The notes below the pieces were generated by a model that was not told where the DNA came from, searched no databases, and saw nothing but the letters and a program-made list of their open reading frames with translations. This document shows positions 62,323 through 64,000 of a stretch of 64,000 nt of DNA, one piece after another. This stretch comes from Podarcis muralis (Eukaryota). Both the position numbers and the translations under genes were made by a program. Numbering within the stretch: position 1 is the first letter of the stretch; each line of letters begins with the position of its first letter. Where the stretch lies: positions 17,794,001-17,858,000 of the forward strand of contig NC_135668.1 of assembly GCF_964188315.1 (NCBI RefSeq). Direction: 5' to 3'.

Positions 62323-64000
62323 TACAGTTAGACACCAGTCTAGTGTAGTCCTTGTGCAATACTATTAAACACAACAAGTTAAGGAGATCCGAGTTTAAAT
62401 TCCCACTCAGCTGCAAAGCTTACTGGTTGAGCCTCGGCCATTTGCTATCTGGTGCAAAAACCCCATGCACACAATAAGTTTTTGTGCGCATTATTTACAC
62501 ATTTTTGTGGCTGCATCGTTTTTGGCATTTATGTACATTCTTTGTTGAACTTGCATTAACCATGAATCTCATATTCAGTGTGTGTGTGTCTACCTACTCT
62601 CACGGCTTTGTGTGTTTGCGTGCGTGCACATTATACATATCAATAAAATTCGACTGAATTGTTAGAGATCATATCTCACTTGTTGCATAAGTTATTCTTC
62701 TGCAGTGTTGAAGTACTTTGACTTTTAGACACTCTGTGCCAGAAACAAAATACCTTCCCGCTTACCCCAAATGATTTTGGGAAAGGGCGTTTATGTTTGG
62801 GTCCCCTCTCAAACAGCCGAATATGCTAACTGAGCTCTACCATAAAAATAGCTAATCCTTTTATTTCTTTTCTACATCCTCTTTTAATTTTTGCTCTTGT
62901 CCCTCTGGTTGCCTGAAGAAAACAGTTATTTTTTCCAAATATTAGTAGGACAGGAAAACATATATCCTCTGGTTTTCTTGACACTCAAAAGTACCGCTTC
63001 CAAGTAATAAAATCATTCCAGATGACAGACCACCAACAAGGACATTAGCGCAGAGCCTGTTTGGTAAGACCTGTACAGAGCATCTCTTTCATCCTGTTTC
63101 CTGGCTAAGATCTACTTGGTTGAGGATAAAGATACAATCTTTGAAGGGAAACAGCATCTCAACTAGGTGAGGAGCCACAGAAAATTTCATGGTGTTTATC
63201 ATTTTTAAGTATGCCTCAACCCACTTTACTGGAAATTACTTTAAAGGCAAGCGGTTTTTGGCAGCGAAACACTTCCATCTTCTTTCTTATTTGGTTTATT
63301 AGTCACAAAAAACCCTCTAGGTGACTCCTGTAAAAATATATGTCATTAAATGTGCTTACCTATGCAATGCCTACTAGAAATGTTGAATAAATCCACAGAA
63401 GTTGCTATCACACAGACTTCCTTTTCAAAACTACTTTGCTTAAGTAATTTATGTTACTTACTTGTGGCAGCTTGATAGTGTGAAATTGATAGTGGCAGGG
63501 GGAACTTTTTCTCTTTAGTTGCTTAGAACAGATTATTACCTGCCCCAGATGTCCAAGCAAGTGACTTATTTACAAACTGGAATTAGAGCCCCACTTACAA
63601 GGATGCTGTACACAGCTTGAGTTTTGCAAACCATTGGATTTTCACTGTTAGCTTGATGCTTTTCAACACTGATCAGAATGGTTGCCTGGGAAAATGAAGC
63701 GCAAGTTAGCTTATGTGTAATGGATTGTGAATGTTGGTTTGGAACAATTATCACCAAGGAACCCTTGTTGATGGCTTAGAGTGAGATTGTAAAAAGCACG
63801 TGGGCCTGAACTCTGTATCCTTCTATTTTTAATTAGAAAAGTTCTCATTGCTTTGCAGGGCACAAAATATTTGCTAGTTGGCTGAAGGCAACTGGGCTGT
63901 GGCTCATTGGTAGAGCAACCAGTCATTAGTCACACAAACCATTCATTAGTCATGCAAAGAAATACTTAATGGACCTGGCTAGAGCCATTAACTTAACAAA

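Noticed and set aside
56082-64000. Next ADAMTSL3 exon (TSR1, WDAWG..WS.CSRTCGGG)
   Set aside because: The motif was not found, so the exon presumably lies beyond the window.

Overview
This is vertebrate genomic DNA from a squamate reptile, most likely a lacertid lizard, judged from abundant Sauria/Squam1-type SINEs and Bov-B LINE ends. The window holds the 5' end of ADAMTSL3 (punctin-2) on the + strand. It contains a CpG-island promoter and probable non-coding exon 1 (~4.2-4.9 kb), the signal-peptide exon (CDS 7998-8075), a 47.9-kb intron and the 120-nt exon encoding TRAEQSQGAYFLPEFALSPQGSFLEDTTGEQFLTYRYDDQ (55962-56081). The next exon is not in the window. The rest is intronic or upstream DNA full of transposon relics: Sauria SINEs, other tRNA-head SINEs, Tc1/mariner-pogo and hAT MITEs, L1, L2 and Bov-B fragments, and solo LTRs, many with readable target-site duplications (TSDs). 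There is one 137-N gap. Almost all ORFs in the track are spurious or TE-derived. I found no new multi-gene system. The best leads are a candidate recursive splice site with a poison exon at 16654/16655, a promoter triplication with an unequal-crossover signature, the strongly conserved domain-less peptide of the 120-nt exon, and an NKX2-motif cluster near 29.7-29.9 kb. Gene and repeat-family names come from recall and motif inspection, not database searches.
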